DNA of 64,000 nucleotides, taken from NCBI GenBank assembly GCA_002269645.1, contig NIVC01002335.1, positions 1-64,000 on the forward strand, in the 5' to 3' direction. How positions within the stretch are numbered: the first letter of the stretch is position 1; every line of letters begins with the position of its first letter. Of the stretch, positions 12,321 to 24,399 are shown piece after piece. The DNA is from Macrostomum lignano (Eukaryota). A model generated the notes under the pieces. It was not told the origin of the DNA. It did not search any database and was given only the letters and a program-made list of their open reading frames with translations. Made by a program: the position numbers and the translations under genes.

Positions 12321-13370
12321 TTTGTAGGAGGGTATCGGAGCTCTATCGAATGTTTTGTGAGAGGGTAGCGGAGCTCTATCGAATGTTTTGTGAGAGGGTA
12401 GCGGAGCTCTATCGAATGTTTTGTGAGAGGGTAGCGGAGCTCTATCGAATGTTTTGTGAGAGGGTAGCGGAGCTCTATCGAATGTTTCGTGAGAGGGTAG
12501 CGGAGCTCTATCGAATGTTTTGTGAGAGGGTAGCGGAGCTCTATCGATTGTTTTGTAGGATGGTAGCGGAGCTCTATCGAATATTTTGTGGGAGGGTATC
12601 GGAGCTCTATCGAATGTTTTGTGGGAGGGTAGCGGAGCTCTATCGAATGTTTTGTGGGAGGGTAGCGGAGCTCTATCGAATGTTTTGTGGGAGGGTAGCG
12701 GAGCTCTATCGAATGTTTTGTAGGAGGGTAGCGGAGCTCTATCGAATGTTTCGTGAGAGGGTAGCGGAGCTCTATTGAATGTTTTGTGAGAGGGTAGTGG
12801 AGCTCTATCGATTGTTTTGTAGGAGGGTATCGGAGCTCTATCGAATGTTTTGTGGGAGGGTATCGGAGCTCTATCGAATGTTTTGTGGGAGGGTAGCGGA
12901 GCTCTATCGAATGTTTTGTAGGAGGGTAGCGGAGCTCTATCGAATGTTTTGTGGGAGGGTAGCGGAGCTCTATCGAATGTTTTGTGGGAGGGTAGCGGAG
13001 CTCTATCGAATGTTTTGTGGGAGGGTATCGGAGCTCTATCGAATGTTTTGTAGGAGGGTATCGGAGCTCTATCGAATGTTTTGTAGGAGGGTAGCGGAGC
13101 TCTATCGAATGTTTTGTAGGATTGTAGCGGAGCTCTATCGAATGTTTTGTAGGATTGTAGCGGAGCTCTATCGAATGTTTTCTAGGATTGTAGCTGAGCT
13201 CTATCGAATGCTTAGTAGGATGGTAGCGGAGCTCTATCGAATGCTTAGTAGGATTGTAGCGGAGCTCTATCGAATGCTTAGTAGGATTGTAGCGGAGCTC
13301 TATCGAATGCTTAGTAGGATGGTAGCGGAGCTCTATCGAATGCTTAGTAGGATGGTAGCGGAGCTCTATC
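12321..13370. repeat. 33-bp minisatellite just 3' of the GPCR stop
   Basis: Unit GAGGGTAGCGGAGCTCTATCGAATGTTTTGTGA, about 32 copies, with variants in positional blocks. Confidence 0.96.
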
Positions 13371-14241
13371 ACTTCACTTCAATTTTGTGTTGTTCTCGTC
13401 AAGAACACAAACCTATTTTCTATTATTCGTCACGTGATGTATTGACACTGTGATCCAGCCCGGTTGAGGTTTGAAGGAGCTGAAAGTAGAAAACAAGTTG
13501 GGAAGACAAAACTCTATTTTCCAATGTTATTTTATGCCTGGGGACTTTGACACTATAGACAGACTTCTCCATCACCGAAGGAGAGGAAATCTGCAGGAAA
13601 CATTGTCAAAAATCCCACATTGACTGCTTGACTACAAATGACTCTCCGATTCTATGCAATACTTAACAACTGAGTTTGCAAATATTTGTCTTTTTTTAAA
13701 AGCTAAACTAGACAAACAATTGTGGCAACCTCTTAAAAGATGGAAAAAATTTTTTTGTACTTTAAAAAAATTTGCGCACAAGACGCACTATTAGTTTTAG
13801 TTAACCCAGTGAGTCAGATGCACTTCGGCTGGGGTAATCTATCCGCACTACTTGCAGTAAGTGATTCATACGCAATATTGATGTTTTTCACTCATATTAT
13901 TTGATATTTGCACCGGCACCGATAAAAGACATATGGAAATAAACATTTTTGAAGCCGAACTGCAACGCTTTTTTATTGTAAAGCAGCGATTCTTATTTGC
14001 AAGGTTCTTCATACAACACTCGTGGGTCCATCAATCAAGAATCTACGAGTGTAGCAGCAGGCTCGCGAAATTTAAGGGCACGAGTTGAATTTTTTATCCT
14101 GCATCTTTCAACACACATACAAACTCTTAAGTCTTAAAAAAGTCTTTCTGATTCTTCAAGTCCCAGGCTCCACAAAATCATCCAGTAAGTCAACACACAT
14201 TAAAGTATTTCATGCTTGAGTACCTTGAAGAGGCTCTGATA

Positions 14242-14537
<296 letters not shown>

Positions 14538-14920
14538 AGCAACTACTGAAAGACGTGCTTGAAAAGCAGCAAAGTTCTGGCTCCCCCTCCAGGGCTGTCT
14601 ACTCACGAAATCCTACGAGCGTAGATTCAAAAGCACGCCTCACTCGAATAATCGTGCAAAATTCATTGAAGGCCGGTTTTCACTGCAAGATGCAAATGAT
14701 TTTTGCCACTGAACTGTTTTGCTAAAAAAAATACTCAATCGACCGGCAACACATTGAGATGATTGACATTAAGAAACACTGCCAAGAAATATATAAGCAA
14801 AAAATAGGACCGACTTTGCCTGCAAGACAAAAATGTCTTGCCTAACCTGTAAACTTATGGGGCAAACAGATGCCCCCAAGCTCAGTAGATGAGGATAGTT
14901 GAGTCCAGCATCCTTCTACT

Positions 14921-15499
14921 TCAACTGTCCAGCTCCAGCTGCCCGCCAGATTCGTCAACAACTTTTTCCGACTCCTCCAAGTCAACCGGAGCGACGCTCC
15001 TGCTCCTGCTGTCGACGGCCTGTCCAAAGACGTCAGCCTCGTCCTCGAGGGCCGCCGCCACCCGCCAGCTGAGCCGCACCGCGGTCACGCAGTTGTAGAT
15101 GTGCACGCAGGCCGACGCGGCCAGCGCCGAATTCACCGCCGCTAAGCCGGTCAGGATGGCCACGCAGATCGCGTCGGCTTCAGTCGGCAGCAGACGCCGA
15201 TTTGCTGCGCCAAACAGCAGCAGGCCGACCGCGGCGAGCTGTGCACAAGCGCCCGAGCCGGCGGTGAACACCCGCAGCCACAGCAGGCGGGTCAGGCAGG
15301 CGGCGCCTTCAGCAAACTGCGCCGAGCACAGTAAAGCTACGGAGGCCAAGCACAGAGCGGCACCGACGGCCGTAACGATAACAGCTGGCACGTCATTGGC
15401 CAGGCTGACGGACAGCCAGGCCAGAGGCGCGGCAGCCAGGCAGAGTGACAGCTGCAGCGCCGCGAAGCAGAACCAGAAGCGGCGTTCGTCAGTTTTCAT
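14921..15499 (-). CDS. Intronless four-transmembrane protein, 192 aa, with acidic C-terminal tail; family unassigned (MS4A/sarcospan-like topology)
   Basis: GC-rich ORF with ATG at 15499, four hydrophobic stretches with short loops, and a hydrophilic tail LEDEAD...EESEKVVDES. Confidence 0.65.
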   Translation of the reverse strand: MKTDERRFWFCFAALQLSLCLAAAPLAWLSVSLANDVPAVIVTAVGAALCLASVALLCSAQFAEGAACLTRLLWLRVFTAGSGACAQLAAVGLLLFGAANRRLLPTEADAICVAILTGLAAVNSALAASACVHIYNCVTAVRLSWRVAAALEDEADVFGQAVDSRSRSVAPVDLEESEKVVDESGGQLELDS

Positions 15500-16021
15500 G
15501 TTTTTAGGCTCATGTAAGAGTCACACTCTGCACTAGGCTGGGCTGGGGCCCCTGTAGCCTAAAACTCTGTCGATTTTATTTCATAATTGCCGTTGATAAG
15601 AGCCGTTCAGATAAAGAGATCAGCGCTGAGCGGAGAGATCTGGCGAGAAAAACATTGAACGCGCAACATTTCTCCATGTGAGTTCGTTTACATGAGCACA
15701 GTATCTAACTAGATCATTTCTAACCAAGAAACTGAAATGTACAATTACGCGAAATACACGACTTTCAGTAGAAGAAAGCTACGCTTGCAAAATCGTGCAA
15801 AATTTCCCTTGAGGCTGCATGTTGATAGGAAGTTTTTTTTGTGTTTCTCAACACTAAACTGACACTACATGTATCTCACCATATGCTCTTTCAAATGTTG
15901 CAAATCAAGCAATTAGTGTGCATTTGTTTTCCTAGCTCAGTTCCCAAGTTTCTTAATCTTTGAAGTAAACAAGAGTTTGTTAAGTGACCAAAGTTTTAAA
16001 GATATTTCAGCCGGGTTTGTC

Positions 16022-16913
16022 CATAGATACTAAAATGACAAGATGGGCCACTCAGACACATATACTTAGTAAAACTGCTTTCTACTTTCAGTTCAGTACC
16101 AAAAAAGAATACATAAGCTATTTTATAAAAAGGCAGCTGAAATGACTTTGATAAGTTTAGAAGCCCAAGCTTGCAGGCGTAAACAACTTGCTAATTGGTT
16201 CAGCAGTAATGTAAATTAGCCAGTTCACTGAAATGTACATGGCAGCTTAGGCTGGAATTTCGAGAAAGGCAATTAAAAATTGAGGCGGGTGGGGGGTAGT
16301 GTGGAAGGGACGCTTTCATAAGACCTAAATTTCACAACGCCTAAAACCACCACACTTCACAACACCTAAATTTCATATCGCCTAAATTTCACAACGCCTA
16401 AAATATTTGCACGCTCTTTCACATCGCCTAAATTTCACAACGCCTAAAACCGAAAATGCAGCATCCTTCACATCACCTAAATTTCATATCGCCTAAATTT
16501 CACAACGTCTAAAATCTTTGCTTCTCTCCTTCACATTCAGTTTTAGGCGTTATGAAATTTAGGCGATATGAAATTTAGGCGATATGAAGGAGCGTGCAGA
16601 AATTTTAGGCGTTGTGAAATTTAGGCGTTGTGAAGGAGGCTGCATTTTCGATTTTAGGCGTTGTGAAATTTAGGCGTTATGAAATTTAGGTGATGTGAAG
16701 TCACGTGCTTTAGGCGTTGTGAAATTTAGGTCTTATGAAGCGCCCCCGTGTGGAAAGGCGCGGTTGGAGGGTTCAAGCTGGAGGGGGGTAAGAGCCGATA
16801 AATGAGCCTTGGCTTGAAAAATACATTAGAATGCTTCTGTTTAACTTACTACTGAACTGAAAGTAGCTTACACGCAAATGTGCTGAGTGGCCCATCTTAT
16901 TCTAGTAGCTGTG
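16022..16913. mobile_element. Non-autonomous TIR element (MITE A, hAT-like) copy 1, interrupted by a nested element
   Basis: 8-bp TSD GGTTTGTC at 16014-16021 and 16914-16921. Imperfect TIRs CA(C/T)AG(C/A)TACTA..AAT...AGATGGGCCACTCAG. Homologous copies lie at 17636 and 48945. Confidence 0.88.
16307..16747. mobile_element. Foldback-type MITE B nested in MITE A (8-bp TSD, GG-initiated TIR; Merlin- or hAT-like)
   Basis: TSD GTGTGGAA at 16299-16306 and 16748-16755. TIR GGG(A/G)..CGCTT(T)CATAAGACCTAAATTTCACAACGCCTAAA. Internal CCTAAATTTCACAACG subrepeats are forward in the left half and inverted in the right half. Confidence 0.9.
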
Positions 16914-17476
16914 GGTTTGTCTAAGGTACGCTCGTCTCGTAAAAGTCCATTTCACAAAATTCGAGCAGCAGACCTTTGCGAAGTACATCTAGAGCGTGGA
17001 CACAACTGCATTCTTGCCCGTTGCCGATGTCCCATAATCTTTCGTTAAGCTTTTGCTAGACTGTATAGAAAGGACATGAACCTGAACTCGTATAGCTTTG
17101 CCTGCAGATACCAAGTTTCAAACTGCTTGAAGTGAATTTATCGAGCTTATGCTCAGTGTGCTCGGTTCCGCCCATTCAATTGGTCATCACACAACCATTG
17201 CAAATTCGAAATGTAACGAAAAAACTGGGCCAACAAATTTTTTTTACTGCCAGATTGATAAATTTGCAGCCGTCCAGTTTTATTAAACGGAAATCAAAGC
17301 TGTCGTCACGCGGATGTTCGATTCAGCTTCCGGCAGGCGTCTCAGTTCATCGCACGGACTCTTCACACGCGAGACAGAGGGGTTTTGAGGAGGCGGGTAG
17401 GCATCGCTCGGTTCGGTGAGGGAAGAGGGGCAAAAGTGACAGTTCACAAGGCGCCGCTTCTCAGGACGCCGCAGTC

Positions 17477-19919
17477 TCAAGGCAGGCCGCCGCTGCTTCG
17501 CTTCCGTCTGCCGCTGAATTGACGACATGAAAAATGAAATGATGAGGCGTGCCCTACGATTCGTACTGAAAATTTGCATTGTTTGTCTAAAAAAACATTT
17601 TAAAACCACACTTGTACCCGTTCTACAGTACTATGGACAGCTACTAGAATAACCAGATGGGCCACTCAGCACATTTGCGTGTAAGCTACTTTCAGTTCAG
17701 TAGTAAATTAAACAGAAGCATTTTAATGTATTTTTAAGCCAAGGCTCCTTTATCGGTTCTTACCCCCCTCCCAGCTTAAACCCTCCAACCGTGCCTTACC
17801 ACACTACCCCCCCGCCCCGCCGCAATTTTTATCGCCTTTCTTGGAATTCCAGTCTAAAGCTGCTATGTACATTTCAGTGGACTGGCTAATGTACATTATG
17901 GCTGAACCAATTAGCAAGTTGTTTACGCCTGCAAGCTTGGGCTTCTAAACTTATCAAAAGTCATTTCAGCTGCTTTTATTTTTATAAAATAGCTTATATT
18001 TTCTTCTTTGCTACTGAACTGATAGTAGAAAGCAGTTTTACTATGTATATATGCCTGAGTGGCTCATCTAGTTATTTTAGTATCTGTGCTCCAACCTAAG
18101 GACTACTTAAGTAGGATGGGGAACTTCTTTTTAAATACTTTTTTAGACAACATCCACGATCTTCAATCAATCTCGTCAGCTGTTATTATTTTTGTGTTGA
18201 AAAATTTAAAAGCTCCATCTCCGTATTGTATTTTTCGGGTAAAACCAGGATCTTATGACTTTTCTCAGAACCAAAGTCTCCCGTCCTTGCTTCTACCCTG
18301 CATTTCTACCGCAACTTGGAGCTGCTGCCCTATCAGAGCAGCAGAGTGAACTGGAAGAACAGCCTGATTAAATGGCTGCCTCAGTGGGAGGGATTGACGC
18401 AGTCAGCTGCGTACTAACCGTGGTCAACTCTGCTTAACTAGCAGCTACTCGGCTAGCAACTTGCCTGCATAGGACATTACGAGTATATTAGAGAGCAGCA
18501 GTCCTGCAAAGCCTCACCTGGCATTGAGGTCGATGCCGTACTGGCCACCGCCGGTGCCCGCACCGCCCAGGGAGGCCAGAAGGTCGGCAATGCGATGATC
18601 GGAGCTCAGGCGCTTCACGGCTCTGCAGAGAGACCGCAGTACAGTGGATCACTCTATTGAACTAACAGATCCTTCAGTAAGTCTACTGGCACTCCATGAT
18701 AGACATCCAGATGGTATAATAGGCTAGGTGGTTTATGTCCCACCACCTGTGGTCTAAGCCATGGAGCATGGCTGGTCGATCGCTATCAAAATTTGTATCA
18801 CCAAGAAAATTTGTTTTCCTTATCTCATCTGAACTGATCCTGGAGAAGCCTTAAAAATTGGCGAGCATGCGGCATGAAATTTGCTAACGTGGCTTCCGAT
18901 AAGGCGGTGCATCGATGTCGAAGGACCTTCGGGTTCCTGTGACCCGGAGGATTACAGAGGCTCAGCCGCCGTCCAGCTAATGAGATCCTGTCTTCGATTC
19001 TCGTCTCTTCTCAAGCGCCTCAAGTCGCTCAACGTGCTGAACAGTTGGGGCTTCCTCTTGCTTCCCTCTCTGGCAAGCGCAAGGCTCAAATTAAAAAAAG
19101 AAGAAAATTGAAAAAAGCAATCCGAGCTGAACGGAAAATACTGCATGGGGGTGGGGGACGCCGAACAGGACTGGCAAAAAAAACTGTTGGAATTCTCCAG
19201 AATCTCTAAAAGAGATCGGAAATGAATTCTGAAGTGGTTGCTCTGCAGGGCGACTGGCTGACACTTAAGCTCGTCCCTCGTATTTGCAGTGCAGGTAAGA
19301 CAATCCACCTATTCAAACAGCAGACCAGCTTTGATTGCGAGCCGATCGACGATGATGGTTCTCTCGAACTAATAACTTTTTCCCTTGGCATACGCCAGTG
19401 AGTTTATCTCGTATTGACACCTGACTGAACCCCCAAAGCAGTTGAAAACGGTGGAAACGCATGCGAACAAGCATGTCATACAATGAAAATTGTCCTAATA
19501 CACAGTTTCTCTTTCAATTCGGGAGCTTTGTACTCAATTCTACTCTGCATCGCGACTACCGCGCTATACAGATCCCTGGATTTGAGCACGAAAACATTGG
19601 TCTGGGACTTTCCGCGCGATTCACGAGCCTTGAGGGCCAACCCAGAAGGCACAGACCGGTGTGTAATAGGAAGAGCGAGAGTGTGCCTGCGTGCGTATCC
19701 ATGCGCGTGGTCAGAGGTCTTCCTTGGCTGCCGGTCAACTGACGTCTTGAAAAATACAATATTTCTGAATCTAAAAAACGAATCAATTTGGGAACGCGCA
19801 AGAATCACACTGACTTACTGAAGCTCCTCGAATTCGTCGCTGTTAGCAGCAGGTGCGGCAAACGCGAGGCCCAACAGCAGGCAGGCCGCGAACATGATCA
19901 GCGCCAACTTCTTCTCCAT
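17477..19919 (-). CDS. Neuropeptide precursor, invertebrate PTH-like (iPTH) candidate, 80 aa; complement(join(17477..17513, 18518..18622, 19819..19919))
   Basis: Both introns are GT-AG and phase 2. Protein: [80 protein letters not shown]. It has a signal peptide, dibasic site, amidation Gly and tetrabasic site. AATAAA lies on the minus strand near 17280. Confidence 0.85.
17636..18088. mobile_element. MITE A copy 2 (inverted relative to copy 1, empty at the nested site), in intron 2 of the neuropeptide gene
   Basis: End-to-end reverse-complement similarity to 16022-16913 without the insert. Both TIRs are present; no TSD seen. Confidence 0.85.
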
Positions 19920-21007
19920 GCTGTTATCGCGGTAAAGCAAGTGATTCTCTCTGAAACCATGCCGGACATGGGAAGAAAGTTGCGACAGATGCAAAAAGAA
20001 ATTCAATAGGATGGTGCGAGCTTGAGTTTCTGAGTCGCCCCCCCCCCCACAAACTCCTACGATCGGCTTTCAACAGCTGATCAGTCCCACTGGAGACGAG
20101 GTGGACAGCCAGAGGGGAGAGTGATTTGCATTATCGACCCAATTACTGGCCCAGAATTTGATTACGCATTGACTGCTCAAACTCGAGTAGAGATTGAATT
20201 CCATCACTGCGTGGCAATCCTGGGCTGGGTAAAACTAGACGAAGATTCTGACAGATAACATGGCGCACAAAGTGAGCCGCCGTCTTTAACTTACTTGGAG
20301 CAGATTGAAAATAATTCCGTCGGGTTCTCCCGCTGTTCGGCTTTTTTTGGCAAATTCCTTGACGCAACGGAGCTGTGAGAGAGACAGCTCGGCTACGACC
20401 GGTTTTCTACTCTTTGTGCCCCTGTGGATTCACTGGCAGTGGCTAGTCTGGCACTGAACCAATAGGGAACTCTCCCATACAGGAAACCTGCCGTGCTGTC
20501 AATCCAGCTGTTGCGATAGGCGGAACCCCATGTTTGAAGCTTGAAGACCTCCACCTCTCTTTCTCTCTTCCAGCCACTACTGATTCTGTCCGAAGTCGAT
20601 GATGGTTCAACACCACAAATGCGACTGGTGTATAGCAAGAGAAAAAAGAAATTGCATAAAAAAGAATAATAATCACGTTTTTATACCATTGCATTAAAAG
20701 ACGCACTATATTCCAAAAAAATGAAAACTTCTTGCCTAGCACTTTCGACTGTTTTGAGGTGTCTATTAGCATTCTGTGAAAGCTTAAGTTTGTAAGCTAG
20801 TGTAATGTTGACTCGGCAACATGTACAAGTTTCCACTCCGAAACCATTGGTCAACTTTTCTTAGACCTCAGCCCCAGGTGACGCAATTCACGTTACGCCC
20901 GGGGTTCGCGTCTCAACTGTGGGTGATCCAATTTGCGTCACAAGGTCCACACGGTTAGCTGGCAGCATGCACAGAGAGTGCAGAGTACGGCTAAGAGTGA
21001 ATTAGCC

Positions 21008-21786
21008 TTAAAAAGTCGGAAGAAGGTATGGGATGTGGTAGAACAAATCCTTCGACCAGTAACTGTTCAATTCAGGCTTCTTGTTTAGTCCCATGTAGAG
21101 CACAATGCCCACAAACTTCCGAATTTCATTTGGGCTACAGTCCTTCCACTGACATACCCTGTGCGGCACATCCGGCTCTTCCTGCACATTCATGTACTCC
21201 TTCCAAGCTCTCGCATTTGTCCAGTCCGAAAGACGCTGAAACATGTTACCTGTCAAGAACTTCTCGACGAAGAAAGATTCATTATCATCGGCTTGGTCCG
21301 GCAGATTCCAGGATGGATTGCAGCCAGTTGTTCTCAGAAATTCGAGACATTGATCCGGTCGTTCGTCGTCGTGCTCCGACACAATGTTCCAGGCTTCCTG
21401 TTGTTCCACAATTTCGTCTTCTTCTTGCTCCAAATTGGCCTCTATAGTGACTGACGCGAAACCGAGATAATTTGCTGAGTAAGACTTCGGCCCCGACTTG
21501 GGCATTGATTGCGATATATATATTTAAGAGCCAACCTAAGGGTTCGATACAAGAGAAAGTTACATCCAATTACACGTACACCAACATTGCACGTACATCA
21601 GCTCAATGTGCATTTGGAATAAAATAGCCCGCGAAGAGAATGAGGGTAGCCGTGTATAACAGCCTCATCCTCGGAGTCCGAGTCAGCGCTGTCGTTGATT
21701 TCAGACTCGTCGGTGTCGGAATCGAGACCGAGTCTGCGTTTTGCGGCCAGTAAAGCCTGCCTTGGTGGAGGTCTTCTCGAAGCCAT
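21008..21786 (-). pseudogene. piggyBac-type transposase remnant (N-terminal part only)
   Basis: Acidic N-terminus MASRRPP...DSDTDESEINDSADSDSEDE, then WKDCSPNEIRKFVGIVLYMGLNKKPELNSYWSKD (DDE_Tnp_1_7-type motif). Interrupted and truncated before the catalytic core. Confidence 0.8.
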
Positions 21787-21884
21787 GCCTTTTGGAACAC
21801 TTTGGGAATGTTGCGGATTAATATAAAACACTTCCGTCTGTGACATAAAGTTCTAAACTCACAGAGGACACAGACATACATCTA

Positions 21885-23213
21885 CTCCGTCTGTCCGGAA
21901 AGTCGTGAGAATGTATTTAAAAACCAGTCAGAACTATCAGAAAACACGATAACTGTACTAGTTGGTAATGTAATCTCCCCTTGCGTTGATTACAGCTTGG
22001 AAATGGTCAACGAGTCGCTGAACCTCTCTTTTCAAGCAATCTTCGTCAAGGCCTCTTGCCCATTGCAACGCAGCTTCTCGAACTTGATTGTGGTCGCTGA
22101 ACACTCGCCTGGAGAAATCAGTCTTCATCCAACTGAACAAAAAACGGTCGCAAAAATTGAAGTCTGGGCTGTAAGGACTCTGAAACACCAGCTGAACTCC
22201 CGGGACTCCATGTACTGCTGCACAGAACGAGCCACGTGAGGTCGCGCAATTGTCGGATGAATTGGCCTTGACCTGAGAGTACGCCATAGGTCTCCGGTGT
22301 GCCGAATGAACTCAACTATGCCATTTGCATCAACAGTTTGCTTTGGGGCTGTGAATTCAATGGAGAAGCGCTTGTTTGGAGTAAAAGCAACCAGAAGCAT
22401 TGTCTTTGCATTGCCGACTGAGTGCCTGACAACCTGGGGCCGATGATCCCCTTGGCCAAGCCAGCACCTGTTGTTTTGCTTTGTGCCAGTGTTGTTCAGG
22501 TATATCACCCATGTCTCATCCTCCACCACGTACTTGTCACAAAAGTTTTCCATGCCCTCGTAAAAAAGCCTGCGAATTTGCTTGGCACAATTGATGCGAG
22601 CAGTCTTGTTCTCCTCGGATAGAGCATGCGGAACCCAGACAGCAGAAACGTTTCGAAGGTGCAAATCCTCAGTCAAAATTTCGTGCACTGTTGTTTTTCC
22701 AACTTCCAAAAAGTCAGCGAGGTCTCGGACACTAACTTTTTGATCCTCTTCAACAAGAGCTCGGCAGGTTTCGATCAGTTCCGCTGTCCTTGTTGACCGT
22801 GGCCGGCCAGTCCGAGGAGCTGAGACCGGGGGAAATTCTTCGTCACGGAACTTCGAATACCATCTGTAAACCGTTGACTGACCTGGTGCAGCATCTCCAT
22901 AAACTTTGAGCAGCTCGTCATTGCAGCTGAGAGTGGAGATTCCAAGACGGTATCTAGCATAGGCATAACCCTGGAAGTCTTCCATTTTGAAGAACTCGCA
23001 GTCAAAATTTTCAAGCTTGATCACCGCGTTGCATTTGCTATTGAGCACTTTATACTGAGCTCGCTCCTGCCCCTTATTTTGCTACTAGAGTAACAAGGAT
23101 TTTCACCATAGACATATATGAGTCTATTATTGAACATTTCTGTGTGCCACCTCAACAGCTTGCTGTTTTCTTACTTAATTGACACATTCTCACGACTTTC
23201 CGGACAGCCGAAG
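21885..23213 (-). mobile_element. Tc1/mariner element, 1329 bp, with a frameshifted mariner transposase (ATG ~22985, stop 21958)
   Basis: About 30-bp TIRs CT(C/T)CG(T/G)CTGTCCGGAAAGTCGTGAGAATGT with TA on both flanks. Motifs WVPHAL, EDETW and YSPDFNFCD. The DNARPH motif is scrambled (HPTIARPH) and there is a frameshift near 22200. Confidence 0.92.
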
Positions 23214-24399
23214 TATGTATAAAATCTTTCACTCTGTGGTCTTTCCGCCTGGAATGGGAATGCAGTGTTTGAGCAGAAAGAAAGTGTCTATGGCCCGATT
23301 TCGGCCCATCCGACTGAAACGGAGAGTGACAAATATCTTCACCGTCTTGAAGGGGTTTTAAAGCTGCCATTTGTGGACACTGGGATCAGTTGTGGAAACT
23401 TCAGCATGCTTCTGAGTGTAAATCAACTGAAATCAGGTACAAGCCAACTCCTCATAGTCTTCGTATCCATGAATTGGTCCTGTATCCATGCTAATGCTTT
23501 AATGCGCTTTATCACTGTCCTTTGTTGATCATCTGCCAGCTGGAGTGTTATAATTCAATTTTGTTTGTCAGCGAAACTACATCTAAGATTGTCGATTATT
23601 ACCACTTCAGCATCTACAATGATATAACGATAACGATCGATAGATCTCATTAGGAGTGTCATCTTTGCAGCGTTTCCAATCGAATTGAGTCCGGACAAGT
23701 TATCGATTTTATTGACTGTCTGCTGCTCGATTTTGCTTGGATTGACGTCCTTTGATCTTAAGCAGTTGCCAAGGTTGGCCACAGCTACTAATGCTCGTAG
23801 ATATGATTGCTCTGATTATCAGTACAAATGACATATCTCTTAGTGTAAAATGTCTTGCAGTTCCTTCAAGCAGTGTCGTATCCATGACTTTCATCAGGGG
23901 GTCACCAGCCAGAAGTCACAACACCCATAGTTTAATGTGACTGTCAGGCTTACGAATTGACTGCATTTTTGCTCAAGCTAGAATATTGGCTGCAACGTGC
24001 AATGTTGAATATGCTGTAAATGTACAGGTTTTCCGGTCAAGTTCAAATAACTCAGTTCAAGTGCGACATATTCAAAGCCGGTGGCGACAAGCCAAATGAA
24101 GTTGCAAATTGTCAATGCAGAGTCAACCAAAAGAGCAATTCAAGTGCATCATAGTTATTTCAAGAGATGACATCAAGATCTAGCTACCTGAATTGAAGGG
24201 ACTATCAAGGACACCAAGCAAGTCAGCGGCTCAGATCGGCGGGTGAATTATTTGTTAAAACATAACAGGTTATGAGCTAAGCAGCAGTTCCCAATCAACA
24301 AATTAAGTGCCCCAGACAAGATTTTAGCGTCATTTTGGCTCCTTAAGAGAAGCAATTTTTCCTAAACATTGATCTGAGGGAAGTGTCTCCATATTAACT

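Noticed and set aside
17283-17609. 108-aa minus-strand ORF
   Set aside because: It overlaps neuropeptide exon 3 and its 3'UTR in a different frame, and has no protein-like features.
23340-23365. Possible piggyBac terminus (minus strand TTAAAACCCC...)
   Set aside because: Not an exact TTAA|CCC, and I found no partner TIR.
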